Positions 1 to 11,093 of a stretch of 32,000 nt of DNA are shown here, one piece after another. The position numbers and the translations under genes were made by a program. Below the pieces are notes generated by a model. The model saw only the letters and a list, made by a program, of their open reading frames with translations, was not told the origin of the DNA and ran no database searches. This stretch comes from Mesoplasma florum L1 (lineage in GTDB: Bacteria; Bacillota_I; Bacilli_A; Mycoplasmatales; Mycoplasmataceae), in NCBI RefSeq assembly GCF_000008305.1, contig NC_006055.1, positions 270,001 through 302,000 on the forward strand, written 5' to 3'. Each line of letters starts with the position of its first letter. Positions within the stretch are counted from its first letter, which is position 1.

Positions 1-1067
1 TACCAGGTGATGATGCATTGAGTGTTGATCGTTTTGGTTTTAGCAAATATATTACTGATAAAATTAAGAATCATAAAAATATAAATTTAATTGAACAAGA
101 AGTTTCTGAAGTTGATTATACAAAAGTAACTATCATAGCCTCAGGTCCGTTGACAACAGATAAATTAGGTAAAAATATTGAATTAATGACAGGTAATGAA
201 AAATTATTCTTTTTAGATGCTTCAGCACCTATTATTACAAAGGATAGTATCGATTTTAACAAGGTATATTGAGCAAGTAGACATAATGATGGTAAAGATG
301 GTCAATATATATGCATACCACTTAATGAAGAGCAATTTAATGCGTTTGTTGAAGAATTAAAGAATGCTGAAACTATTAAATTAAAATCATTTGAGAAAGA
401 AATATATTTCAAAGGATGTCAACCAATTGAGCAAATAGCAAAAACAAGTAAAAAAGTATTATTAAATGGACCACTATCGCCAAATAATTTAATTGATGAA
501 AATGGAAATACACCTTTTGCTGTTGTTCAATTACGTCAAGATGATGCAATTGATTCACTTTATAATTTTGTAGGTTTTCAAACTAATATTAAATGACCTG
601 AGCAAAAAAGAATTTTACAGACATTACCTGGTCTTGAAAATTTAAATATTGTTAGATTTGGAGTTATGCATAAAAATTATTATATTAATTCTCCTAAATT
701 GCTTAATAGATCACTACAAGTCAAAAGGAATAAAAACATTTTCTTTGCAGGTCAAATAACTGGGGTTGAAGGTTATATTGAATCTGCAAGTAGTGGTATT
801 CTTACTGCAATCAATGTCTTAGCATATTTAAACAATATAAAAATTGAACAGCCATCAAGAAAATCTATGTTAGGAGCTCTTAATTTTTATATAACTAATC
901 CAAAGCATGATAAATTAAAACCAATGAAATGTAATTTAGGAATTTTAGATCAACAAAATAAAAATGCTAAATCAGAGTTCTATTCATTTGATGAATCAGA
1001 AAGAGAAATAAGAAGATTCATAAAGGGTATTAATAATTTTGCAAAGATAGGTGAAAACAATGAATAA
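1..1067 (+). CDS. trmFO: tRNA (uracil54-C5)-methyltransferase TrmFO/Gid, 3' portion; the gene starts upstream of the window and the reading frame begins at nt 3
   Basis: ORF fragments 18-272 and 666-1067 share one frame and are joined through in-frame TGA codons. The translation carries the TrmFO/GidA-type motif [19 protein letters not shown] and ends at TAA 1065-1067. Confidence 0.9.
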
Positions 1068-1710
1068 GAAATGAAATAGTTTATTAACAAATCAAGATCT
1101 TTCAAAAAGAATTGAAAACACAATCGAGTTGGCATATAAAACGAATGAAAAAATTTATCCCTCAAAAGAAGATTGTTTAAGATTATTTGATTTAATCTCA
1201 CCAGATGAAATCAAAGTAGTAATAATTGGTCAAGACCCGTATCATAATCCTAAACAAGCTAATGGAATAGCTTTTAGCGCAAGTAAAGATATCAAAACAC
1301 CCAAAAGTCTAATTAATATTTTTAAAGAATTAGAAAATGACTTAGGTATAAAACATTATGATAATAATGATTTAAGCAATTGGGTTAAACAAGGCGTTTT
1401 ATTAATTAATACTTGTTGAACTGTAATTGAAAATCAACCTGGAAGCCACTCAAAATTAGGTTGACAAGAAATAGTTAGTGATATATTGGTTAATCTAAAC
1501 AAACAGAATCCAAACATTGTTTATTGTTTATGAGGAAATTATGCTAAAAAGGTTTATGAAAATTTAGAACATAAAGCAAATAATGTCATTAACTCTGCTC
1601 ACCCATCACCATTTAGTTATTTGAAAGGTTTTAAAAATTCAAAACCTTTCTCAACAATAAATACAATTTTAGTTAATAATTCTTTAGAACCAATTGATTG
1701 GTCTAAATAA
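1060..1710 (+). CDS. ung: Uracil-DNA glycosylase (216 aa)
   Basis: ATG 1060 lies behind SD AGGTGA (1047-1052) and overlaps the trmFO stop by 8 nt (ATGAATAA). Motifs are GQDPYH and HPSPFS. The N-terminal MNKKW uses TGA at 1072-1074 where UNG proteins have a conserved Trp. The track's TTG start at 1129 is an artefact of that TGA. Stop is TAA 1708-1710. Confidence 0.9.
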
Positions 1711-1737
1711 GGTAAAATAATAAATAAGGAGTTACAT

Positions 1738-2718
1738 ATGAGAAAAATAAATGAATTAAACAATACAATTTCTTCAACTGATTTAGTTGTTAGAATTGAA
1801 AAAGTTATTATTTCAACAGCTACTAATGGTTCATCTTATATCATTTTAAATTTATCAGATAAAACTGGTAGAATTGAAGCTAGAAAATGAACAGTAACTG
1901 AAGAAGATAAACAATTGTTACAACCAAATGCTTTTATTTTATTTAAGAATGCTGCTGTTAACGAATTTAGAGGCGTATTACAGCTTAAAGTTAGTGATTA
2001 CAGTGTTCTTAGCGAGAATGATTTAAATAGCTATGGTTTAGATGTTAAAGACTTTTTTATAGAAGCCCCTATTAACATCGAAAAAAACTATGGAGAATTA
2101 ATGTCAATTCTTGAAAGCTTAACAAATCAAACATATAAAGAATTAACAATTGGTTTAATCAAAAAATATGAAAAAGAGTTTTTAACTTATCCAGCTGCAA
2201 TGTCAATTCATCATAATGTAAAAGGTGGTTTATTCTGACATAGTTTTACATTAGTTAAAAATGCTTTAGCTTTAAAACCAAGTTATGCATATGCTTCAAT
2301 TGATTGAGAATTATTGATTTGTGGAGCTATTTTACATGATATAGGTAAAGTTATAGAAATTATAGATCCAACAGGAACTGATTATAGTTTACAAGGTAAA
2401 ATAATTGGTCATATTAGTATTGGTAACACTGAATTAAATAAAATAGCTGAAGAGTTAAACTTATATAAAGATGAGCAAGGGAACATTAATGAATCATTAA
2501 CTTTATTACAACATATGATTATTGCTAGTCATGGTAAAAAAGAATATGGTTCACCAACTGAACCAGTTATTATTGAAGCTATTATGTTATCTATGTTTGA
2601 TGATTTAGACGCAAAAGTATTTAAAATAAATGATGAACTAAATAAAGTTGAATTAAAAACATGAACACCAAGAATCATTAGTGTGGATGGAAAAATGTTT
2701 TATAAACATAAAAAGTAA
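1738..2718 (+). CDS. yhaM: YhaM-like 3'-5' exoribonuclease (N-terminal OB-fold plus HD domain), 326 aa
   Basis: SD AAGGAG (1726-1731) precedes the ATG. Fragments 1915-2238 and 2314-2664 share the frame of ATG 1738 and are joined by TGA codons. The HD motif is AILHDIGK...IASHGKKEYGSP. Size and architecture match YhaM/Cbf1. Confidence 0.75.
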
Positions 2719-2722
2719 TGTA

Positions 2723-2746
2723 ATGTAACTTAGGTTACATTTTTTT
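2723..2746 (+). terminator. Rho-independent terminator after the trmFO-ung-yhaM unit
   Basis: Stem ATGTAAC (2723-2729) pairs with GTTACAT (2734-2740) around a 4-nt loop, followed by a T6 tract. Confidence 0.6.
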
Positions 2747-2774
2747 ATGTCAAATTATTAGGTATTAAAGTAAT

Positions 2775-2800
2775 AAAAAAGATGACTTTTAAAGCCATCT
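2775..2800 (-). terminator. Rho-independent terminator of the minus-strand lipoprotein-hit operon
   Basis: On the minus strand, GATGGC pairs with GTCATC (one G-U pair) and is followed by a T6 tract. It lies immediately downstream of the hit stop codon (2802-2804). Confidence 0.6.
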
Positions 2801-2801
2801 T

Positions 2802-3209
2802 TTATTTTGTTATTTCATTAAAAACATCTTCTAAAGTTGCATATTTAAGATTCACGTTCTTATCGTGTAAGAAACCTTCATCTTCTTTAAATTTAGGTAA
2901 GATATGTTCGTGATAATGGAATACCACTTGTTTAGCAATTGCTTCTTGATTAGAAACATAGTTAAAACCTTTGACACCTTTTAATTTTTCTTGAAGTATT
3001 TGAGCAACAACTTTTTTTGCTTTGCTTACTTCAGATAAATATAAATCAGGTGTTGTTGATAAATTTTCAGCGTGTACTTTTGGAATGACCAATGCATGTC
3101 CATCACTAACAGGATTAATATCTAAGAATGCATAAACATATTCATTCTCATAAATTTTATACGAAGGAATTTCTTGCTTTATTATTTTACAAAATATACA
3201 ATCATTCAT
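2802..3209 (-). CDS. hit: HIT-family (histidine triad) nucleotide-binding protein, 135 aa
   Basis: Intact ORF with the histidine-triad motif HYHEHILP and the typical N-terminal CIFCKII. Its ATG overlaps the upstream gene's TAA by 1 nt (TAATG). Confidence 0.9.
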   Translation of the reverse strand: MNDCIFCKIIKQEIPSYKIYENEYVYAFLDINPVSDGHALVIPKVHAENLSTTPDLYLSEVSKAKKVVAQILQEKLKGVKGFNYVSNQEAIAKQVVFHYHEHILPKFKEDEGFLHDKNVNLKYATLEDVFNEITK

Positions 3210-5257
3210 TAGTCTGATGTATTTCCGTCTTCGTCTTTAATATATTTTGCAAGTTCATCGTATAATCCTTGGAATAGAACATTATCACCATCCATGATGT
3301 ATTTAGTATAAAGTTCTTCTTTAGCTTCTGTTGTGTAATCTGTATCTCCTGCAACTAAACCATTTTCAATTTCAGAAATTAATAGTTGTTTATTAGTTGC
3401 ACTTAAGTTTTTAATATCTGAACTTGATTGAACTGAATTACTTCAAGCTTCACTTAATTGGTAAACACTTTTTGGATCAGCATTTCTTGCTCATAATACT
3501 GAGTATAAAATTTTATCAGTATCTTTTACTTTACCTTGTTGTTCTGTATCAAATCCACTTGTAAAAGCTGAGTCTTCTTTATTAATTGTTTCATGAATAC
3601 CTAACATTGTATCATTTGCATTTTCAACATTAACTGTAATAGTTCTTTGATTACCTAAAGTGAATGAACCTTTATCTGCTAAGGCTTTAACATAAAGATT
3701 TCCATTATTATCTTTAATAATTTCAACATTAGTTTCATTTGTAAAAGTCTTCATATCGTCTACATAAGGACTGTATTTATCACCAAGAGGTACTCAAGTA
3801 TCACTTGGAATAGAAAGTGTTGCTACTTGATTAACAGCATTTAAAGTTACATTTGAGTTATCATAAATATCATTTAAATATATAGGTAAAACTAAAACGA
3901 TTTCACTTTCACCATTGTCACCTACCGCAAAACCTTGATCTCTTGGTCCTGTTAGTAATGTTGGTCTATCTATTGATTTAGCTGCAGTTTGTGCATCAGT
4001 TGAAATACTTAATGAACCACTTATTGCTTCAATTCCTGTATCATTATTTTTTGCAATACCGTTATAACCAACTAAACCTAAAAATGGATCAGTACCTAAT
4101 TTTGTATTGTTTTCTAGTGAATTAGAACTAAAGTTATTTTTTAAAGTAGTTATACTGTTTTCATCCAAAATAATGTTTCCACTACTATTTGGTTCACCTA
4201 ATGCTTGTTTATAAGATTTAACTCATGAAGTTGCATCAGTCGAAACTTTTGCTTTGAAAGATCAAATCAATTTAACATTTGAACTTTTAGTTTCAGAAGT
4301 TAATGAATTTTGAACAGAAGAAACTAATTTGTTTGATGTATTTAATCTAACAAATGATCTTGTATAGTTTGTTGTTGTTAAATTTGTTGAATATAAATTA
4401 CTATCTAAATATGCCAAGCTGATTAATTGAGTATATAAATCAGGAATGATTTTTGCATTAATGTAGCTTTGGAAACGATATTTCATAATTTCATTTCCAC
4501 TAAAGCCTTGTTCTTGTTCATTTTTTGCAACTAAGAATGGACCAGTCACTTCATCAATTTTAGTATCTTTATTTAAAACCTTTGTATTTTTAGTGTCAGT
4601 CAATTTAGTTACTTTAGTATTGTCAGCTGATCCAATAATATAGAAATTGTTACCACCATTTAAAGCTTCTATACTAGGAATATTTCATTCATTTTCACCA
4701 AATTCTCCTAAAACTTGTCATCTAGTTAAAGTTTCATTTTCGCTTTTCTCTTTATAATAAATTGAATAATTTATTTTTTCATCATCCTCAAATAAATTAA
4801 AAGGATTTAATGAGTGATTATTTGAATATTGCTTGTCATTTACTAAACCATGTTTATCACTAATTACTTTAGCTGTGTATTCACTAAAAAATTTGTTAGT
4901 TGCTAAATCATTTAATAAATTTGAAGTAATATTTTCAGTTGTTTCTTTTTCTTTTACTTTTAAAGTAGAGGCAATATTTGAACTTGTTGTTTTATATTCT
5001 TCTTCAGCAATTTTTTTATCTAAAATTTTTAATACATCAGCAATAATTTCAGTATCAGAAATTTTTAAAAATTTCTCTGCTTGTGAAACACTTATAAAAC
5101 CACTATCTTTCATTTTCAGTATGAAAGATGTATATACTTGTTTATCACTAAAATTTAATTTGCCAAATCTATCAACTGTTGTTGTACATGAAATTACAAC
5201 TGAAGAAGTTGTTGCAGTTAGTCCAACTGCTGCTAATATAGCTAATAATTTTTTCAT
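3209..5257 (-). CDS. Putative surface lipoprotein, 682 aa, function unknown
   Basis: Four track fragments (4718-5257, 4262-4603, 3794-4168, 3491-3754) are all in one frame and joined by TGA codons. I translated by hand down to TAA at 3211-3209. The N-terminus MKKLLAILAAVGLTATTSSVVISC is a signal peptide with a lipobox (VISC). SD AGGAGG lies upstream. Confidence 0.8.
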
Positions 5258-8112
5258 TATTTAACTCCTCCTTCATGTTTATTTAAAACATTAATAATAA
5301 CTTCATCATTAAATCATTTATCAGAAATAATGTAATTTAATTTATTAAATTTTGATTTTGTTGACAAGTCAGTTTTTCAGTGCTGACTTTGTACAATTGA
5401 AGAATAACTTATTTCCAAGCCATTTTTAGGAATAAATGATCTTGCTGTTTCAGTTTTTAAATCTTCATGTTGTTTTTCATAATTATCTTCAACGCTTTGA
5501 TTTCAATTGTTATTTTCTAATGTAAAACTTGTTAAAGGAGCAGCACTAAGAGTTTCTTGTTCTGTTGTAATAACCTTAATTAATTCATAAACTGCTTTTG
5601 TATCTACATCTTCTCCTTCGATTTCAAAGAATTTTCCAAATAATTCAGCATAGTCCCCATTTGTACCTAATATCTCATCTAAGTAAGTTCATAATCATTG
5701 ACTTAACAATCCGAAATTTTCAGTTGTTGAAGTAGTTGCTTTTGCATCAGCTAGAATATCAAAATTATAAAATAAGTTTGTTTTTTCTTCATCGGTTGAT
5801 AAAAATCCATTAGCTACAGTATTGTTAACTAAGAATCTTTCATAATCATTGGTAATTGAGTAATTAATTATTTTACTATAATCATTACCAAATTCAGTAC
5901 CCATATTGTCAATAATGTTTTGTCTATAAATATCATTATTAATTCCAGGCTTAATTGCTGTTGATTCGTCAATTTTATTTATTTTTCCTGAACCTTCACC
6001 AGCATTGCCTGCTTCAGTACTTGAACTTAATTTTGGATTTAATAAGTAAGGAATTAATTCTTTATTTGTTTTTGAAAGAAGATCATAAGCTATTGATTGT
6101 TGTTTATCTTTATCAACACTTGTTTCACTTTTTTCAGCGTTAGAGCTATTTAATAAACTATATCCATCAATTTTCATGAAGTGTAATCCATCACTATCAA
6201 TGAATGCAATAATTCCATCTTTAGCATTTAATACTTTATAAGGTTTTGCTGTTTCGCCTTCTTTTGTGCTGTTTGCTTCAGTTTCAGCATGTCGTCCTAA
6301 ATCATTTACAAGGTTAAACAATAAGTTCTTTCCATTTGTAGCATCAGTAGATACATTTGTCATTTTTTGATCAAAACTTGCTCATTGACCTATCATATTA
6401 GTTGAATCTGCATCTCAATCATTCTTTGTAGAAATTACATCTTCTTTAGGATTTGAAGATAAGAAATCATAAACAGAATATTTAGCTATGTTTGAATATG
6501 TTCCAGTTGTTGTATCATAGTCTAAAGTTAATAATTTTTCATTATTTTTAGCTGTTAAGAAATTAATAATCCCTGTATCAGTTTGGTTTTGACCTAATTT
6601 TCATAAATTATTTTTATTTGAACCTCTATAAAATGTTTCAAAATCTGTTAATCCAGTTGAACTACTTGTTTCAGCATTTGCATATGATGATGCACTCTCA
6701 CTTGAAACATAAGCATTATAAAATTGATAAAAACCTTCAAAGTAATTAATTAATTCAGTTTGAGTATTGGCATTGTTAACAAATTGAGCAGGACTTATTT
6801 CTTTATTAATATCTGGTGTTGCAGTACTATTAATTTTTGAAAATTCTAAAACAATTTCAGAGGTTGCAACAGGTTTTTTAGTTTCAAAATAATTATCTAC
6901 TAAGAATTTTTGTGAATTTGAAAGTATATTATTTTTTTGATTATCTTTAGATGAATTTAAGACAGGTGCCACAGAAACGATTTGTGTTTTATTAAGTTCT
7001 CTAGAAGATCTAGCATTATAGTTATAGAAATCTTTATATATATTATTATCAGCAAGTCTTATACTTTCGACATCAGAATATTTAAAAATATTATTATTAC
7101 TACTACTAATTTGAGAAATAGTTCCATTTATTGAATTTGGACTATTAGCAAAAATACTACTAATTCCTGATAAAAACGTTCTTCAAGTTAAAGCATTCAA
7201 GAAAACATCGTTTGTATTTTCAATAAACTCGATTTTAAAAGTTGTACCATTGTTTTCTGTGTTTATTGTTTCATTGTAGTTAGAAGAATTGCTTGATTTA
7301 AATGCATTCTTTCCACCTAAAGCGTTTACTAAATTTATAATAGAAATTTGTTGAGCTTCAGTTGTTGCTTGTTCTTTAATTGTTTTATCTAAAGTTTCAT
7401 TATTAATTAAAACATTTCCATTTTGAGTTAAAAATACTGACAGTAGATTTGAAATAGTTGTTCTATTTACTTCGATTGTTGAATAACCTTTTGCTCAAGT
7501 TGATTCAGTTGCTCCAAAACCTAGTGCTTTTGAAAGGTTAGCATAAGCAGAGTTAGTTGAATCAGTTAAGATATAGTTTGATATTCAAGCATTTTCTAGT
7601 GCTGTTTGATCACCAGTAACTCAAGGAAATTGTCCTTTTAAATATTTAACTCAAGCTTTTGTACCTTGTTTTTTATTGTCAAGATATTCTTTTCTTGCTC
7701 TTTCCATTTCAGTATTAGCACGACCATATATTGTATTTGAAGCTTTTGATTCCTTACCATATTGTGTTTTTAAGCTTTCAGCAAATGCTTTTCCATCTTC
7801 ATTCATATAAGGATTTTTTTCAGCACTTATACCTTGAAAAATGTTATTTTCTTTACTTGCTTCTTCATAAATGGCAACTGCAAAAATATTATAGAATTGT
7901 ACTAAAAATTTTTGAGAATCTTTACCTAAACGTCCATAAGTTTCATTGTATCAATTTAATAAGTCTTCAGTAGTGATTTTAAAATCTCCATCATCATTAA
8001 TAAATACATTTCCATATTTATCATCGTCTTTATCATTAGAACATGAAATTAAAACACTTGTTGCACTAGCTGTTAAAGCAAAAGCACCAATTAGTGATAG
8101 TAGTTTTTTCAT
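5257..8112 (-). CDS. Putative surface lipoprotein, 951 aa, function unknown
   Basis: ATG at 8112-8110 is preceded by SD AGGAGG (complement of 8121-8126). The N-terminus MKKLLSLIGAFALTASATSVLISC has lipobox LISC. Fragments 6601-6972 and 5695-6363 share the frame. The stop TAA at 5259-5257 overlaps the next gene's ATG by 1 nt. Confidence 0.8.
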
Positions 8113-8263
8113 TTTGTTTTCCTCCTGCGAAAATCGTTTCTGTTAACACTTATTTTTATATAAATATAAGCATTGATAATATTATAACTCAAAACCCTAT
8201 AAAATTACCAAACTTTTAATTCTAAAATAGTATAATAACAAAGATAGAAAAGTAGGTTTATGG

Positions 8264-9490
8264 ATGAAAGACTTAAAAAAATATTTCCCTTTTTATGATA
8301 AACAAAGCAATCTAATTTATTTTGATAGCTCAGCTACTAGTCTTAAAATTAAGAGCGTAATTGATGCTGAAATGAAATTTTTGAGTGAAAATGGTTCAAA
8401 TCCTCATGCAGTTGATTATAAAAAAGGATTTGAAGCTTTTGAAATAATTAAAAATGCTAGACAGTTAACTCAAGAATTTATTAATGCTAAAAAAGTAAAT
8501 GAAATAATATTTACAAGTGGAACAACCCATTCAATAAATCTATTAGCAAACGGACTTAAAAAAATAATAAAAAAGGATGATGAAATTTTGGTTACAGAAT
8601 TAGAACATTCAGCTAATTTATTGCCATGAATTGCTTTAGCAAATTCTGTTGGTGCAAAAGTTAAAAAAATTAAGTTAAATGAAGACTTTACAATTGATCA
8701 TGAATCATTAAAACTACAGTTATCAGATAAAACAAAAATAGTTTCATTTGCTAGTGTTTATAATACTGTTGGGGCTAAAAATGATGTTAAACTAATTACT
8801 AAAGTAATTAAAGAGTTTAATATTAATATAATTGTTCATGTTGATGCAGCACAATCAATTGGTCACACAAAAACTGATGTTACGGATTCAAATATTGATT
8901 TTATGTCTTGATCTTTTCATAAAATGTATGGACCATTTGGTGTTGGTTGTTTATATGGAAAATACGAATTACTTAATCAATTAGAACCATTGTTTTATGG
9001 CGGTGGAATGAGTTTGAAAATTGAAGAAAATTTAATTGATTATTCCTTATCTTCATTACCAGAAAAATTAGAAGGTGGAACACCAAACATAAGTGCTATT
9101 GCAGGGGTTGTTGAATCAATTAAATTTATTAACTTAATAGGTTTAGATCAAATTGAAGAACATGAAATAACATTAAAAGATTACTTTAAAATTAAAGTTA
9201 AAGAAAATAACCTAAATGATCACATAACTTTTTATAATTTAGATACTAAATCACCCATAATACTATTTAATGTTAAAGGTGTAAATCCACAAGATATAAC
9301 TAATTTTTTAGATGAAAAATACAATATTTTAGTGCGTGGCGGTGCTAATTGTGCTAGAAGAATTGAAGGTGTTATTGGAACAAAAATAGCCATTAGAGCT
9401 AGTTTTGGAATCAATAATAATAAAGCTGAAATTGATCAATTTATAGAAGCTTTAAAAGATACAAATAGTTTCTTAGATGTGCTATTTTAA
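8264..9490 (+). CDS. sufS: Cysteine desulfurase (SufS/NifS class V aminotransferase), 408 aa
   Basis: Fragments 8264-8629 and 8924-9490 share a frame and are joined by TGA codons. The PLP-lysine motif is SFHKMYGP and the active-site Cys lies in RGGANCARR. Confidence 0.9.
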
Positions 9491-9499
9491 AGGAGAAAA

Positions 9500-9928
9500 A
9501 TGATAGATATAAGTGATGATATTTTATTAAGAAAAATTTTAATGAAACATTTTACTGAGCCTGAAAATTTGGGATTAAAAAATATTACAAATGCAATTAT
9601 TAAAGATGCTAAATCTCAAACTTGTGCAGATGAAATGAAAATTGAAATATTACTTGAAAATAACATTTTTAAAGAAATAAATTTTGAAGGAACTGCATGT
9701 GCAGTTGCAACATCTAGTGCTGATATTTTCATTAATTTAATAAAAAATAAGTCTTTAGAGGATACAAAAAAAATAATAGATCAATATCAAAATTTTTTAA
9801 ATACTGGTAATCTATCTGAAATTGATCTTTTAGAAGATTTAGTAGTTTTTAAAAACATTAATAAGCAAAAAAATCGCATATTATGTGCTAATTTAGCAAT
9901 TGAAGCCATAAATGAGATTATTGAATAG
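9500..9928 (+). CDS. sufU: SufU/IscU-type Fe-S cluster scaffold/sulfurtransferase, 142 aa
   Basis: Intact ORF behind SD AAGGAG, 9 nt after sufS. It has three conserved Cys (SQTCADE, GTACAVA, RILCANL), typical of NifU N-terminal/SufU proteins. Confidence 0.85.
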   Translation: MIDISDDILLRKILMKHFTEPENLGLKNITNAIIKDAKSQTCADEMKIEILLENNIFKEINFEGTACAVATSSADIFINLIKNKSLEDTKKIIDQYQNFLNTGNLSEIDLLEDLVVFKNINKQKNRILCANLAIEAINEIIE

Positions 9929-9985
9929 TTTGTTTATGTATAATTATATTATGTAATAATAAATTATATTTTTAAAGGAGAAACA

Positions 9986-10633
9986 ATGAGCAACAAGAAT
10001 CAAATAAGAGAAAAATTTCTTAAAACAAGATCTTTTTTATCAAAATCATACAAAGAAGAAGTTAATAAAATTATCGAAAGAAAAGTTAATCATTATATAG
10101 ATAGATATAACTTAGAAAAATATGCCATTTATCTTTCAACTGAGAATGAACCTAATACTTTAAACATTATTGAAACAAGTTTAAAAAAAGGAATAGAAGT
10201 TTATGTTCCATTAATTATTGAAGATAACAAAATGGAATTCAAGAAAATTACAAATTTAGAAACTGATTTAGAACAAAATAAGGTTTTAAACATTTTACAA
10301 CCAAAATCAACATGTTCAACATTAGAAAATGGTAACTACATTAATACTATGTTTATTCCATTGGTAGCTTTTGATAAACAATTAAATAGAGTTGGTATGG
10401 GTAAAGGGTTTTATGATCGTTGATTAAATGAAAATGATTACATTGGATATAAAATTGGTTTATCAGCTTCAACTCAATTATCAAATGAAAGCATTGATGC
10501 TGATGAGTTTGATGTTAAATTTGATAATGTAATTACAGAAAAAGAAATTTATGTTCCATTTGTTGAAGAAGAACAAGAATTTGATTATGATGTTACTTAT
10601 TCAGTTTTTAACGATGAAACTATTGTAGGTTAA
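9986..10633 (+). CDS. 5-formyltetrahydrofolate cyclo-ligase family protein, 215 aa
   Basis: SD AAGGAG precedes the ATG. Fragment 9986-10423 continues through a TGA to TAA 10631-10633. The family motif is NRVGMGKGFYDRW. The acidic C-terminal tail is longer than usual for this family. Confidence 0.8.
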
Positions 10634-10636
10634 TTG

Positions 10637-10661
10637 AAATAGGTTTTTACCTATTTTTTTT
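10637..10661 (+). terminator. Rho-independent terminator after the suf/5-FCL genes
   Basis: Perfect 8-bp stem AAATAGGT (10637-10644) pairs with ACCTATTT (10649-10656) around a TTTT loop, followed by a T-run. Confidence 0.65.
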
Positions 10662-10669
10662 ATTTTCTC

Positions 10670-10700
10670 TTGCATTAAAGTAGGTTTAATCTTTTAAAAT
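10670..10700 (+). promoter_or_regulatory. MerR-type promoter/operator, copy 1, upstream of the merR-family gene
   Basis: -35 TTGCAT (10670-10675), a 19-nt spacer, and -10 TAAAAT (10695-10700). The spacer holds the inverted repeat ATTAAA-GTAGG-TTTAAT (10674-10690). The 22-nt string CTTGCATTAAAGTAGGTTTAAT (10669-10690) recurs exactly at 11093-11114. Confidence 0.6.
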
Positions 10701-10727
10701 AATAAATATAGAACAAAAGAGGTCATT

Positions 10728-11084
10728 ATGGAAAAGTTATACATAAAAGATATATCAAAAGAATTATCAATTCCAGAATATGTATTAAGGTTTTACGATA
10801 AGAAAGGTTTATTTCCTTTTTTTGAAAGAGATGAAAATAATTACAGATATATAGAAAGAGAAAAATTAGAATGAGTTAGAATTGTATCTTGTTTAAAAAA
10901 ATCAGGAATGCCTTTAAATAAAATAAGTGAATATATTGGTCTAGCCTTAGAAGGCAAAAACACTTATGCAAAAAGATTAGAAATGATGATTGAACAAGAA
11001 AAAATAGTACTTGAAAAAATGAAAGATTTGCAAGAACAATTAGACTATATTAAATATAAAAAGAAACTTTACGAAAATAATTAA
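10728..11084 (+). CDS. MerR-family transcriptional regulator, 118 aa, short NmlR/AdhR-like form with a single Cys
   Basis: This gene is absent from the ORF track because an internal TGA at 10872-10874 codes Trp49. SD AAAAGAGG precedes the ATG. The N-terminal wHTH is YIKDISKELSIPEYVLRFYDKKGLF..R.ENNYRYI, followed by a C-terminal coiled-coil dimerisation helix. Stop is TAA 11082-11084. Confidence 0.85.
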
Positions 11085-11093
11085 TTTTTTTGC

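Noticed and set aside
980-1201. A minus-strand 73-aa ORF spanning the trmFO/ung junction
   Set aside because: It is antisense to two well-supported genes that overlap each other. It has no independent signals.
4833-5264. A 143-aa plus-strand ORF from the track, the longest ORF not assigned to a gene
   Set aside because: It lies entirely antisense to the 5' part of the 682-aa lipoprotein gene. Its product is low-complexity and rich in Phe, Leu, Ser and Val, as expected for the shadow frame of an AT-rich gene. It has no SD.
7731-8146. Plus-strand ORFs 7731-7973 and 7946-8146
   Set aside because: They are antisense to the 5' end of the 951-aa lipoprotein gene, which has a clear SD, signal peptide and lipobox. 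Their composition is typical of a shadow frame.
10625-10634. GTAGGTTAAT at the very end of the 5-FCL gene, resembling the operator half GTAGGTTTAAT
   Set aside because: It is one T short, has no matching left arm and no associated -35 or -10 boxes, and lies inside coding sequence across the stop codon. It is most likely chance similarity.
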